Positions 1 to 9,855 are shown, numbered from the stretch's first letter. The stretch is DNA of 53,659 bases from Deltaproteobacteria bacterium (GCA_037446775.1 JBBIIA010000011.1:1-53659), one strand, 5' to 3'. Translations and numbers: made by a program. Notes: a model not told the origin generated them from the letters alone.

Positions 1-22
1 TAGGGGCGAGGCATGCCTCGCC
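1..22. repeat. GTAG-type REP-like palindrome (window edge)
   Basis: TAGG followed by perfect 18-bp palindrome GGCGAGGCATGCCTCGCC (5-22), the layout of GTAG-family REPs; the first G would lie just outside the window. Confidence 0.55.
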
Positions 23-143
23 AGGAGCACGGGCACCCGGCGCTTGGTGGCGTTCCGCACCCCGGCACAGCCAGATGCTGCCGGCTCCCGGCGATTTGCC
101 ACCACCCGTGCTGTCCGCCATGGGGACTACCCCCAAGTGCTCA

Positions 144-304
144 GAGGCTGTGAGTTTATCCCTGGACCAAGCCCGGCGGTCGAGGTGCGAGCCGCGCGCG
201 GAGCAGACCCGCAGGCGTAGTTCGGCCTACGGCAAGGGTTTCGACCAAGCGCCGCGAAGCAGATCGGCCGCCTTGGCGACGGGAGGGGATAGATTCACAG
301 CCTC
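144..304. mobile_element. MITE-like non-autonomous element, 161 bp
   Basis: 19-bp terminal inverted repeats GAGGCTGTGAGTTTATCCC (144-162) and GGGATAGATTCACAGCCTC (286-304), 17/19 match; flanked by TCA at 141-143 and 305-307; no transposase. Confidence 0.75.
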
Positions 305-1102
305 TCAGTCCAAGCGAAAACGAAAGGGCACCCGGAGCTTCACGGCCACCGGGGCGTCGCCGACCAGCCCGGGGCGAAACCGGGCCCCCTGGAGCGCGAC
401 TCGCACCGCCGCGTCGAAGGAGTCCCCGGCGCTCGTCACGATCCGGACCTGGGTGACCGCGCCGGTGGCATCGACCAGCACCTCGGCGACGACGTGGGCC
501 TCCCGGCCGAAGGCCCGCTCCCCCTCCGGGTAGGCCGCCGCCAGGGGCGCCAGCGGGACGGGGAGGCGGCGCAGGGGCACCGGCTCCACGGTCGGGGGCT
601 CGACGGGGGGCGTTGGGGCGGCTGCCGCCGGTACGGGGGCTGTCGTCGGGCTGGGGGGGATCTCGACCGGCGCCGCCGGAGCCGGGACTGGAGCCGGAGC
701 GGGGGCCGGGTGTCTCCCGGTGGTTGACACCGGCTCTTGGGCGATCACCGGCGCGGGTCTCGGGGGGGCCGGGCCCAGCAACGCCGGCGGCGCCACGGGC
801 TCAGGAACTTCCTCCCGGGGGGGCGTCGGCGCCGAGGGCTGGGGAGTCGCCGCCCGAGGCTTCGGGGCCGGCGGCCGGGGTGGCTCCGGGACGACTCTTG
901 GGGCCGGGGCGGGTGGTTCCGGGGGCAGCTCCAGTCGCTCGAAGCGGATCGGTTCCGGGTCCGGGGGGGCCGTGGGCCACTCCCACTGCCCCCGGAGGGC
1001 GTGCCCCAGACCCAGGTGGACAGACAGGGAAGCCACCAGGAACGGCGCCCAGTGAAATCTTCGTGCGGGCCGCTCGGCCGCCAGGTCTTCCGAGCGGCGC
1101 AC
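305..1102 (-). CDS. tonB: Energy transducer TonB family protein
   Basis: N-terminal TM helix with SxxxH (SLSVHLG), long Pro-rich linker, C-terminal YPE...V.VDATGAVT.V.I..S...FD.A...ARFRPG....PV.V...VPFRF. Confidence 0.9.
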   Translation of the reverse strand: MRRSEDLAAERPARRFHWAPFLVASLSVHLGLGHALRGQWEWPTAPPDPEPIRFERLELPPEPPAPAPRVVPEPPRPPAPKPRAATPQPSAPTPPREEVPEPVAPPALLGPAPPRPAPVIAQEPVSTTGRHPAPAPAPVPAPAAPVEIPPSPTTAPVPAAAAPTPPVEPPTVEPVPLRRLPVPLAPLAAAYPEGERAFGREAHVVAEVLVDATGAVTQVRIVTSAGDSFDAAVRVALQGARFRPGLVGDAPVAVKLRVPFRFRLD

Positions 1103-1108
1103 GGGCCC

Positions 1109-4102
1109 CTACCCGCCGAACGCCCTCTTCGCGTACTCGCGCACGCTCTGCTCCAGGTCCGTTTCCCACCCACCGCGGTAGACGATGGCGGTGGCGAGCT
1201 CGACGGCCAGCATGGCGCAGCGGATCTTCAGGGGCAGCCGGCGGATGCGGCGGCGCAGCCACGGCTCCCGGCCCACCAGGTCGGGCAGGTGGGCCAGGAG
1301 CACCCGGCGAAAGACCGGTTGATCGACGAGCTCCGGCCGGCCGAGGAAGAAGGGGAAGAGGCGCCCGTAGTGGCCGTTGATCTCCTCGCTCAGGGCGGTG
1401 GAGATCTCGGTGTACGGGCGCTGGCCCCCGGCCTCCCGGTGGCGCCGGAAGATCAGGCGCGCCTCGTCGGCGGCCCGCCGCTCCAGGATCGCGAGGACGT
1501 CGGCCACGTACGCCCCCTTGTGGGCGAGGAACTCCTCGTCGGACAAGAGCAGGTTGGCCATGATCTCGTAGGAGGAGGAGATCACCCCGCACTTGTTGGC
1601 CGAGGCGTCCCGCAGGACGATCACCCCCCCCTTCTGGAGCGCGGCGCGGGCCTCGGGGGTGAGGAAGGAGTTCGCCCCCTCCACCACGGCCCGCACCAGG
1701 GGCGTGCCGTCCTCGCGGAAGAGGCGGGCCACGTTCCCCCCGTCCACGGTCTCGGGCCGGCCGCCGCCGGGGAGGAAGAGGTCGGCGGGGACCGCGAAGA
1801 TCAAGCCGTCGAACTCCCGGTGGAACTGGTCGGCGGTGACCCACTCCTCCCGGACCCCGGTCTCGGTGCGCACGAGCTTGCGGGAGAGCTCCTTGAGGCC
1901 CTCCCGGCGCTGGCCCCGGCGCAGGAGCAGGAACCCGCCGGGGTGGAGCCGGGCGGGGTCGAAGGCGTCCAGGTCGGCCTTGAGGATCAGCCGGGAGAGC
2001 TCCCCGGGGTCGATCCCCTCGGGGTCGAAGAGCGCCCCGGAGCCCGCCACGATGGCCCGCAGGCTCACCCGGGGGCACCGCGCCAGGAGCAGGCGCAGGG
2101 CGTTGCCGGCCACGTCGCCGTTGGTGCCGCCGGTGAGGGTGACCGTGAAGGGGTCCACCCGGGGGTCGATGCCCAGCTCCCCCAGGGCGATCTCGGCCAT
2201 GGTGACCACCCCCAGGGAGGTGACCCCGTACTCCTTGTGGTTGATGCCCACCGCCTTGCTCGACATGATGCCCTTGCCGAGCAGATAGCCCCGCCCCGCC
2301 GCCTGGCGGGCGATCAGCTCGATCATGGCGTCGTGCATGTTCTCGTCGGGCCCGAGCTCGATGGGCTCCTCCTCCCCGTAGTAGTCCACCACCCGGGGGT
2401 GCCGGGCGCGGCCGTTCTCGGTGACGAAGAGGTCCAAAAAGGCGTTGAGGAACCCGTACTGGAGCTTGTACAGCCGCTGGGTGCGCTGCTCCCGATCCGC
2501 CACGTCGGAGACGTCCAGGGCCACCACCAGCTTGGAACCTCCCTCGTAGATGTCCTTGTTCTTCAGGTGCTGGGTGTGGGCCAGCACGTACACCTCCCGA
2601 AAGAGGGTGTTGGTGGCGGTGAGGAAGTCATCGTAGGACCCGCACAGGACCGTTCGCCACCCGCCCCGGGCGATGTCGGAGAAGCCCACGTGGTAGCCGG
2701 CGCCGTGGCGGCCGTAGAAGAAGGTGACCCGGAAGGGCTCCCCCGGGGGGAGATCGGCGGTGAAGCCCTCCCCCAGGTCGGTCAGGTAGGCCGGGTCGAG
2801 GCGAAAGGCCAGGGCGTGCTTCTCGGGCACGAAGAAGTTGGTCTTGAGGGTGCGGGTCACCAGCAGCATGGCGGCCCGGAAGATCGCCCGGCGGACCTCG
2901 TCCAGGTGGCGGTGGCCGGTGTTGTAGTTGGCGACCAGCTCCGTGGTGGCGGCCAGGGCCGCGCCGTAGGCGGTCTCCCGGTCGGTCACCTCGGGGTCGA
3001 AGCGCGCCCGGAAGAGGCGGGCGAGTTGGAGCGCCACCTCCGGGTTGGCGTGAAACGCCCGGCGCACCTCTCCGAGGTCGAAGCGGTCCGGCTGGTGGTG
3101 GGCGAGGCTGGTGTGGCAGAAGGCGATCAGGGCGTTGGTGAGGGACGCCTCTTCGCCGGTCATCACCCCCTCGGCCACGAACCCGCCGTAGGTGTGGCCG
3201 CTGGTGGCCAGGATCTGGGTGTTGTACAGCTCGGCCTGGAGGGTGCGAAAGAGCGCCGAGTCGCTGGTGAGGAGCCGGTCGTCCCGGGTGGTGACGTAAA
3301 AGGTCCCGAGGAAGTAGGGGTGGACCCCGGTGGAGATGGTCAGGCAGTACGCCCGCCGGACCCCGAGGTCGAGCCGGTTGAACACCTCCATCACCTGGGC
3401 CAGGAAGCCGCGCTCGTCGGGGTTGCCCACCGAGAAGAGCAGCCGCGACTCCCGGTGGTGCACCACGTCCTCGGTGTTCTCCACGTCCAGGAAGAGGCCG
3501 TCGTGGCGGCGGCCCTGCTGGTACAGCCACAGCACCCGGGCGACCCGCTCGGGGGGCGAGACGCGGACGTAGCCCTCGTCGTTGAGCCACAACAGCCCCA
3601 GCCCCTGGTCGAGCTCCCCGAAGTCGAAGTCGGGGTACAGGGCTTCCATGGCCCGGGTCACCTCCCGCCGCAGCCGTGGGGGGACGGCGGCCGGGAGGGC
3701 CCGGCTGATGGCGGCGTGGGTCTTGCGGTCGAACTCGAAGCGCTGGATCTCGACCTCCTGTCCGAGCCCCGGCACCGGGTGGTAGCTGTGGGTGATCTCG
3801 GCGTAGGAGAGGGGGCGGTCCGGCAGGGTGAGGAGGGACGCGTAGATGCTGCCCGGCAGGTTGGGGCACGCCCAGATCAGCTTCTTCTCCTGGTCCACCA
3901 GGGTGATCCGGCGGTTGCGGGCGAGCCCGGCGAGGCCGGCCGCCAGGTTCACCACCGCCTCGGTCTCCTCGGCCATGGTGATGAAGAAGTAGGGGTGCAT
4001 GTGCCGGCGGAGCCACTCCAGGCTCTCGGCCGAGGTCTGGCAGTGCGCCCGCATCGCTGCCTGGAAACGCCGGTACACGCGGCGTTCGGTCCTGGCGTCC
4101 AT
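1109..4102 (-). CDS. Large NAD-specific glutamate dehydrogenase, 997 aa
   Basis: Motifs FSDIARGGWR, KNKDIYEGGSK, LGPDEN, GINHKEYGVTS, GGTNGDVAGN, VEGANSF, DASANKCGVISSSYE; SD AGGGAGG upstream. Confidence 0.9.
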   Translation of the reverse strand: MDARTERRVYRRFQAAMRAHCQTSAESLEWLRRHMHPYFFITMAEETEAVVNLAAGLAGLARNRRITLVDQEKKLIWACPNLPGSIYASLLTLPDRPLSYAEITHSYHPVPGLGQEVEIQRFEFDRKTHAAISRALPAAVPPRLRREVTRAMEALYPDFDFGELDQGLGLLWLNDEGYVRVSPPERVARVLWLYQQGRRHDGLFLDVENTEDVVHHRESRLLFSVGNPDERGFLAQVMEVFNRLDLGVRRAYCLTISTGVHPYFLGTFYVTTRDDRLLTSDSALFRTLQAELYNTQILATSGHTYGGFVAEGVMTGEEASLTNALIAFCHTSLAHHQPDRFDLGEVRRAFHANPEVALQLARLFRARFDPEVTDRETAYGAALAATTELVANYNTGHRHLDEVRRAIFRAAMLLVTRTLKTNFFVPEKHALAFRLDPAYLTDLGEGFTADLPPGEPFRVTFFYGRHGAGYHVGFSDIARGGWRTVLCGSYDDFLTATNTLFREVYVLAHTQHLKNKDIYEGGSKLVVALDVSDVADREQRTQRLYKLQYGFLNAFLDLFVTENGRARHPRVVDYYGEEEPIELGPDENMHDAMIELIARQAAGRGYLLGKGIMSSKAVGINHKEYGVTSLGVVTMAEIALGELGIDPRVDPFTVTLTGGTNGDVAGNALRLLLARCPRVSLRAIVAGSGALFDPEGIDPGELSRLILKADLDAFDPARLHPGGFLLLRRGQRREGLKELSRKLVRTETGVREEWVTADQFHREFDGLIFAVPADLFLPGGGRPETVDGGNVARLFREDGTPLVRAVVEGANSFLTPEARAALQKGGVIVLRDASANKCGVISSSYEIMANLLLSDEEFLAHKGAYVADVLAILERRAADEARLIFRRHREAGGQRPYTEISTALSEEINGHYGRLFPFFLGRPELVDQPVFRRVLLAHLPDLVGREPWLRRRIRRLPLKIRCAMLAVELATAIVYRGGWETDLEQSVREYAKRAFGG

Positions 4103-4129
4103 GGTTCCTCCCTGGCGTGAGCCGGTGGC

Positions 4130-6037
4130 TCAGGCGGGCCGAGGGGCAGTCACCGCTTCGGCCCGGACCCGGGTGTCGTAGTACGCCGCCCCCTCCCCGA
4201 GGTCGGTCAGGGCGGCGGCGGTGGCCTCGTTCACCCCCTGGCCGAGGCCGAGCCACCCGCCCCGGGGGCAGGCCGCGACCTCGGGGTGCAGCTCCGGGTC
4301 CAGGTGGACCTCCCCTTCGAGCTCCCCGTGGACGCTCGTCACCCGCACCGGGCTCCCCGCCCCGAGGCCGAGGCGGGCGGCGGTGGCCGCGTTGAGGCGC
4401 ACCGGCAGGGCTCCACCCTGCTCCTCGGGGAGGAGCTGGGAGTGGATCGCCCCGGCCCGGATCAGGGTGAGCAGCCGCAGGGGGTGGCGGGGGTCCGCCG
4501 GGGCCTCGGGGGAGAGCGCCTCCAGGAAGCGAAACCGGCCGTCCGGGTGGGCGAAGCCCTCCGCCCACGCCACCGGCGGCTCCGGGGCCAGCCACCAGCC
4601 CCGGCGCCGGAGCTCCCCCAGGCCCGGCGCTCCCGGGGGCAGGCAGGCGGCGAGCCACGCGTCCACCGTGGGGTAGGGGTGTGCCACGCCGAGGCGGGCG
4701 GCCACCTCCCGGGCGATCTCGAAGTCGCTCCGACACCCCTCGGGGGGGTCCACCATCCGGCGAACCGCCCCCACCCCGCGGTGCCAGTAGGAGCCGACCA
4801 GGTCCTCCTCTTCCAGCCACAGGGTGGTGGGCAGGACCACGGTGGCCCGGCGCGCGGTCTCGGTCCAGAACCCGTCCACCACCACCCGGGTCTCGACCCG
4901 GGCGAAGGCCTCCCGCAGGGCCTTGGCGTCGGGCCCCTGGTTCAGCAGGTTCGAGCTGGTGAACCAGGCGGCGCGCACCGCCGGGCGAGCCGCCGCGAGC
5001 TCCGGGGCCAGCCGCGGCAGGAGCAGGGCCCCGGGGCTGGGCCCGGGGGGCGGGGGGCTCGGCAGGTGGCGGGTGGAGGGGGCGCTGTAGTACAGCCCGC
5101 CCCCGGGGATGCCCAGGGTGCCGGCGAGGCACGCCAGGGCGTGGATCGCCCGGACGGTCTCGCCGCCAAAGGGGTAGCGCTGGAGGCCCGCGCCCACCAC
5201 GGTGGCCACCCGGCGGGTGCGGCCGTACGCGGCCGCGAGCCGCCGGGCCTGATCCTCGGTGACGCCCGCTTCGGCCAGGAGCTCGGCCAGGGGGGAGCGG
5301 TCGAGGAGGGCCCGAAACGCCTCGGGGTTGGCGGTCCGCTCCCAGGCTGCCCCCCCGCCCCCCCCGTCGAGGAGGAGCCGGGCGACCGCCAGGGCCAGGA
5401 ACCGGTCGCGGCCGGGGGCGACCCGGATCACCGCATCGGCCAGGGGGCGCACCCCCCTTGGGTCGGGGTTGACCGCCAGCACCGGGACCCCTCGGCGGCG
5501 GGCGGTGACCACCTGGGCCGCCAGGTGGACCGAGCACGCCCGGGGGTGCTTGCCCCACAGCACCACCGCTTCGGCACCGTCGAGCTGGTGCGGGTCGTTC
5601 ATGGCGAGGGCGCCGGCGTCCTGGACGATCGCCGCGATCCCGGCGCTGTCGCACAGGGAGCCCCGGGTGGAGCGGGCCCCAAGCGCCGCGAAGACGTAGC
5701 CCGGGAAGGCCTTGCTGGCCCCCTTGACCCCGTCGCCGCGGATGTGGAGGACCGAGGCGGGGTCTTCCCTCCGGGCTCGTAGGAGGCCCGCGCACGCCAC
5801 CTCCAGGGCCTCTTCCCAGGAGGCCTGGCGGAAGCCCTCCCCGGCCCGCACCCAGGGCTCTCGGATGCGGTGGGGGCTTGTCAGCCGCCCGGGGTAGCGG
5901 CGGATCTTGGCGCAGGCGAAACCCCGGGTGTAGGGGTGGTCCGGGTCGCCCCGCAGGCGGAGCCCCCCGGCCTCGGCGCGCACCAGGAGCGAGCAGCGGT
6001 CCGGGCAGTCCAGGGCGCAGGTGGTGAGGGCGGGCAT
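4130..6037 (-). CDS. DMSO-reductase-family molybdopterin oxidoreductase, substrate unknown
   Basis: N-terminal TCALDCPDRC...C [4Fe-4S] motif, SWEEAL, candidate Mo-ligand Cys in SLCDSAG, VVLPTTLWLE, C-terminal molybdopterin dinucleotide-binding domain. Confidence 0.85.
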   Translation of the reverse strand: MPALTTCALDCPDRCSLLVRAEAGGLRLRGDPDHPYTRGFACAKIRRYPGRLTSPHRIREPWVRAGEGFRQASWEEALEVACAGLLRARREDPASVLHIRGDGVKGASKAFPGYVFAALGARSTRGSLCDSAGIAAIVQDAGALAMNDPHQLDGAEAVVLWGKHPRACSVHLAAQVVTARRRGVPVLAVNPDPRGVRPLADAVIRVAPGRDRFLALAVARLLLDGGGGGAAWERTANPEAFRALLDRSPLAELLAEAGVTEDQARRLAAAYGRTRRVATVVGAGLQRYPFGGETVRAIHALACLAGTLGIPGGGLYYSAPSTRHLPSPPPPGPSPGALLLPRLAPELAAARPAVRAAWFTSSNLLNQGPDAKALREAFARVETRVVVDGFWTETARRATVVLPTTLWLEEEDLVGSYWHRGVGAVRRMVDPPEGCRSDFEIAREVAARLGVAHPYPTVDAWLAACLPPGAPGLGELRRRGWWLAPEPPVAWAEGFAHPDGRFRFLEALSPEAPADPRHPLRLLTLIRAGAIHSQLLPEEQGGALPVRLNAATAARLGLGAGSPVRVTSVHGELEGEVHLDPELHPEVAACPRGGWLGLGQGVNEATAAALTDLGEGAAYYDTRVRAEAVTAPRPA

Positions 6038-6112
6038 GGGGCCTCCGGGGTGGGGGACGGGGCAAGGATAGCCGAGGCCTCGGGAATCGCCAGGGGGACG
6101 AGGATCGGCGGT

Positions 6113-8407
6113 CTACCCGCCCCCCTCCCGCTTCTCCTTGAGCGCCCGCCACACCTTCTCGTAGCTCAAGGGGAGGGAGTTCACCCGCACCCCCATGGCG
6201 TCGAAGATCGCGTTGGAGAAGCAGCCCATGGTGGGGTTGGTGGACCCCTCCCCCACCTCCTTGGCCCCCCAGGGCCCGGCCGGCTCGTGGCTCTCTACCA
6301 CCTCGGAGGTGATGCGGGGCATGTCTAGCGCGGTGGGGATGCGGTAGTTGGCCAGGTCCGGGTTGCGGATCTTCCCGTGCTCGTCGAAGACCACCTGCTC
6401 CCAGATGCTCTCCCCCATGCCCATGGCGAGGGCCCCGTGCACCTGGCCGTGGAGGAGCCGGGGGTTGATCACCGTGCCGCAGTCGTGCACGTCCCACACG
6501 TCGACCACCCGGACCTCGCCGGTCTCCTCGTCGATCGCCACCTCCGAGACCTGGACCCCGAAGCTGTAGGCTGGGCTGGTGCCCACCGGGGCCCCCTTGA
6601 AGCTCCCCCCGAGCTTGGGGGGGGTGTAGGCGCCCTTGCCCACCAGGGGGCCCTTGAGCACGAAGTGCGTGCGCGCCACCTCCTCGAAGGTGAGGGCCTT
6701 ACCCTCCCGGGACCGGGAGAAGATCACCCCCTCCTGGCAGTCCAGGTCGTCGGCCGGCAGGTGCAACAGGGTGGAGGCTAGATCCAGGAGCTGGCGCTTC
6801 ACCTCCTCGCCGGCCCGCATCACCGCGGTGCCGGTCATCAGGGTGAGGCGGCTCGCGTAAGCCCCCAGGTCCAGGGGGCAGGTCTCGGTGTCGGCGGCGA
6901 CGATCTTCATCTGCTCGTACCGGTAGCCCATGGCCTCGGCCGCCATCTGGCACAGGGCGGTGTCCGAGCCCTGGCCGATGTCGGGGGCGCCGGTGTACAG
7001 GGTGGCGGAGGTGCCGTCTTCGTTAACCTTGAGCACCACCGCCGAGTGGGGCAGGTCGGTGCGGTAGATCGGGTAGCCGGCCCCCGAGACGAAGCTCCCG
7101 GTGGCCACCCCGATGCCCCGGCCCCGGGGCAGGCGGCCCTTCTTCCGGTCCCACCCGGAGAGCTCCCGGGCCCGCTCCAGGCACTGCCGGAGCTCGCAGG
7201 AGTTGACCCGGAAGTCGTTGGGGGTCACGGTATTCGGCCGCCGGGCGTTTCGGAGCCGGAGCTCCAGGGGGTCGAGCCCGAGGTCGGCGGCCACGTTGTC
7301 CAGGTGGCTCTCGAAGGCGTACTTGGGCTGGGGCGCGCCGTGGCCCCGCTGGGCGCCGCAGGCAGGCAGGTTGGTGTAAACGCGGTAGAGGTCGAACCGG
7401 TAGTGGTCGAACTCGTAGGTGAGGGGCAACAGCGCGCCGGCGTAGTACGCCGTGGCGATGCCGAGGCTGGTGTAGGCGCCGCCGTCCATGATGAAGTTGG
7501 CCCGGGCCCCCAGCAGCTTGCCCTCCCGGGTTACCCCGGTGGTGATCTCCATGTACTGGGCGTGGCGGCCGCGGTTGTGGGCGAACATCTCGGCCCGGTC
7601 GTAGAACATCCGCACCGGCCGGCCGGTGCGCCGCGCCAGCTCCGCCCCCGCGAACTCCAGGCCGGTGGGCTCGAGCTTGCCCCCGAAGCCTCCCCCCAGG
7701 TAGGGCTTGATCACCCGCACCGAGCCCAGGGGCAGGCCGAACTGCCGGGCGATGTAGTACTGGAAGTAGTGGGGGCTCTGGGTGGAGGAGTACACCGTGA
7801 GCTTGCCCCCCTCCCACACGGAGATCGCCGAGTGGGGCTCGATGGGCGCCTGGTACGTGCGGTTGCCGAGGAAGGCGTCGGTGCGCAGGTGGTCGGCCGC
7901 GGCAAGGGCCTGGTCCACGTCGCCGAAGTTCTGGTGGATCTCGGTGTTGATGTTGCGGGGGTACTCCTCGTGGACCTGGGGGGCGCCGTCGTCCATGGCC
8001 CGGAGGAAGTCGAGGGCGGCCGGGAGGGGTTCGTACTCCACCCGGATCAGGGAGAGCGCCCGGTAGCAGGTCTCCTCGTCCAGGCACGCCACCGCCGCGA
8101 CCTTATCCCCGACGAAGCGCACCTTGTCGATGCAGAAGATGTTCTCGTCCCAGCGGGCGGGGCTGATCCCGTACTTGAGGTCGGGCACGTCCCGGTGGGT
8201 GATCACCGCCTTGACCCCGGGCAGGCGCTCGGCCGCCGAGGTGTCGATGGCCCGGATGCGGGCGTGGGGGTGGGGGCTGGTGAGGATCTTGCCGTGGAGG
8301 AGGTTGGGGAACTTGAGGTCGCCGGTGTACTTGGCGGCGCCGGTGACCTTCTCCCGGCCGTCCAGGCGGGGGACGCTGCGGCCGATGACCCGGTGCTTCG
8401 CGCTCAT
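6113..8407 (-). CDS. hcrA: Xanthine oxidase-family Mo subunit, 4-hydroxybenzoyl-CoA reductase alpha-like
   Basis: GGGFGGK, RGRH, AQRGHGAPQ, DIGQGSDT, GAYASR, GAKEVGEG. RGHG resembles HcrA and the neighbourhood is aromatic-catabolic. Family is certain, exact substrate less so. Confidence 0.75.
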   Translation of the reverse strand: MSAKHRVIGRSVPRLDGREKVTGAAKYTGDLKFPNLLHGKILTSPHPHARIRAIDTSAAERLPGVKAVITHRDVPDLKYGISPARWDENIFCIDKVRFVGDKVAAVACLDEETCYRALSLIRVEYEPLPAALDFLRAMDDGAPQVHEEYPRNINTEIHQNFGDVDQALAAADHLRTDAFLGNRTYQAPIEPHSAISVWEGGKLTVYSSTQSPHYFQYYIARQFGLPLGSVRVIKPYLGGGFGGKLEPTGLEFAGAELARRTGRPVRMFYDRAEMFAHNRGRHAQYMEITTGVTREGKLLGARANFIMDGGAYTSLGIATAYYAGALLPLTYEFDHYRFDLYRVYTNLPACGAQRGHGAPQPKYAFESHLDNVAADLGLDPLELRLRNARRPNTVTPNDFRVNSCELRQCLERARELSGWDRKKGRLPRGRGIGVATGSFVSGAGYPIYRTDLPHSAVVLKVNEDGTSATLYTGAPDIGQGSDTALCQMAAEAMGYRYEQMKIVAADTETCPLDLGAYASRLTLMTGTAVMRAGEEVKRQLLDLASTLLHLPADDLDCQEGVIFSRSREGKALTFEEVARTHFVLKGPLVGKGAYTPPKLGGSFKGAPVGTSPAYSFGVQVSEVAIDEETGEVRVVDVWDVHDCGTVINPRLLHGQVHGALAMGMGESIWEQVVFDEHGKIRNPDLANYRIPTALDMPRITSEVVESHEPAGPWGAKEVGEGSTNPTMGCFSNAIFDAMGVRVNSLPLSYEKVWRALKEKREGGG

Positions 8408-8411
8408 GGTC

Positions 8412-8948
8412 TCACCTCCGGATCCACGGGCCCGGGCCCTCGTCCTCGGGGGCGACCCGACCTTCGGCCACGGCCCGCACCGCCTCCACGATGTGCACGT
8501 AGCCGGTGCAGCGGCACAGGTTGCCCCCGATCGCCCCGCGGATCTCGGCCTCGGTGGGGTGGGGGTTGCGGGTCAGGAGCGCCTTGGCGGAGAGGATCAT
8601 CCCCGGCGTGCAGTACCCGCACTGCACCGCGGCGTGGTTGACGAAACTCTCCTGGAGGGCGTCGAGTCGGCCGCCCTGGGCCACCCCCTCGATGGTGGTG
8701 ACCTCCCGGCCGTCGGCCTCCACCGCCAGCACCAGACAGGAGTCCACCGGCTTGCCGTCCAGGAGCACGGTGCAGCTCCCGCAGTCCCCGAGCTCGCACC
8801 CCTTCTTGGTGCCGGTCAGGTCCAGGTGATCGCGCAGCAGGTTGGTGAGGGTGAGGTTCGCCTTCACCACCGCCGTGTGGCGATCGCCGTTGACGGTCAC
8901 GGTGACGAGGTAGCGCTTGACGCCCTGGGGGTCGGTGAGGGTTTCCAT
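8412..8948 (-). CDS. hcrC: 2x[2Fe-2S] small subunit (HcrC/CoxS-like)
   Basis: GTKKGCELGDCGSCTV, QCGYCTPG, GNLCRCTGY. Confidence 0.8.
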   Translation of the reverse strand: METLTDPQGVKRYLVTVTVNGDRHTAVVKANLTLTNLLRDHLDLTGTKKGCELGDCGSCTVLLDGKPVDSCLVLAVEADGREVTTIEGVAQGGRLDALQESFVNHAAVQCGYCTPGMILSAKALLTRNPHPTEAEIRGAIGGNLCRCTGYVHIVEAVRAVAEGRVAPEDEGPGPWIRR

Positions 8949-8952
8949 GGGT

Positions 8953-9822
8953 TCACCCGTGGCCTTCTTCGATGGCGCGCGAAAGGGCCCGGCGGGTCAA
9001 CACCCGGGCCAGGTGGCGCCGGTACTCGGCGGAGCCCCGAAGGCTGTCCCGGGGGCGGCTGTCGGCCTCGGCCCGGAGCCCGGCCTCCGCCAGCACCTCG
9101 TCGTTGGGGGGCTTGTCCCGCAGGTACGCCTCGGCGGCGGGGGAGCGGATCACGGTGGGGGCGCAGGAGGAGAGCACCACCCGGGCCTCCCGGATCAGGC
9201 CGGCCTCGCACCGCACCGCCACGGCCGCGCCGGCCACCGCCAGCGCCCCGGAGCGGCGCAAGCCGAACTTGAGGTAGCGGCTGCCGGTCCACCCCCCGTC
9301 GGGGATCGCCACCTCGGCCAGGATCTCCCCCGGGGCGAGCACGGTCTCCGCGGCGCCCGTAAAGACCGCCTCCAGGGGCAGGCTCCGCTCCCCGGTCGCG
9401 CCCACCAGGCGCACCCTCGCCCCGAGGGCGATGAGGATGGGGGGCAGGTCGGCGGAGGGTACCCCGTTGGCGATGTTGCCCCCCACCGTGCCGAGGTGGC
9501 GGATCTGCAGCGACGCCATCTGGTGGGCGGCGCCGCAAATCGAGGGGTAGCGGGCCCCGAGCACCGGGGAGTCCACCAGCTCGTTTTGGGTGGCCAGCGC
9601 CCCGATCACCACCCCCCGGCCGGCCTCGCAGCGGATCTCCCGCAGGGGGGCGAGGCGCTTCAGGGACACCAGGGCCGTGGGCGCCCGCTTGCCGGTCTTC
9701 ATCTGGTGCAGGAGATCCGTGCCCCCGGCCAGGACCCGAGCCCCCGGGCCGAGCTCGGCGAGCAGTGCACACGCCTCGGCCAGGGTAGCCGGGGCGTAGT
9801 AGTCGAAGTCGGGCAGGACCAT
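8953..9822 (-). CDS. hcrB: FAD-binding medium subunit (HcrB/CoxM-like) without [4Fe-4S] insertion
   Basis: LAGGTDL, QIRHLGTVGGNI, RGSAEYR; 289 aa. Confidence 0.75.
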   Translation of the reverse strand: MVLPDFDYYAPATLAEACALLAELGPGARVLAGGTDLLHQMKTGKRAPTALVSLKRLAPLREIRCEAGRGVVIGALATQNELVDSPVLGARYPSICGAAHQMASLQIRHLGTVGGNIANGVPSADLPPILIALGARVRLVGATGERSLPLEAVFTGAAETVLAPGEILAEVAIPDGGWTGSRYLKFGLRRSGALAVAGAAVAVRCEAGLIREARVVLSSCAPTVIRSPAAEAYLRDKPPNDEVLAEAGLRAEADSRPRDSLRGSAEYRRHLARVLTRRALSRAIEEGHG

Positions 9823-9855
9823 GGCCGCACCTCTCTCCAGCGAGCCGTAGCCGAT

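Noticed and set aside
737-4120. 1127-aa plus-strand ORF and many similar long ORFs (2628-6497, 24171-26723, 34317-36200, 51522-53360)
   Set aside because: Antisense or off-frame shadows of well-supported genes; high GC suppresses stops; no motifs.
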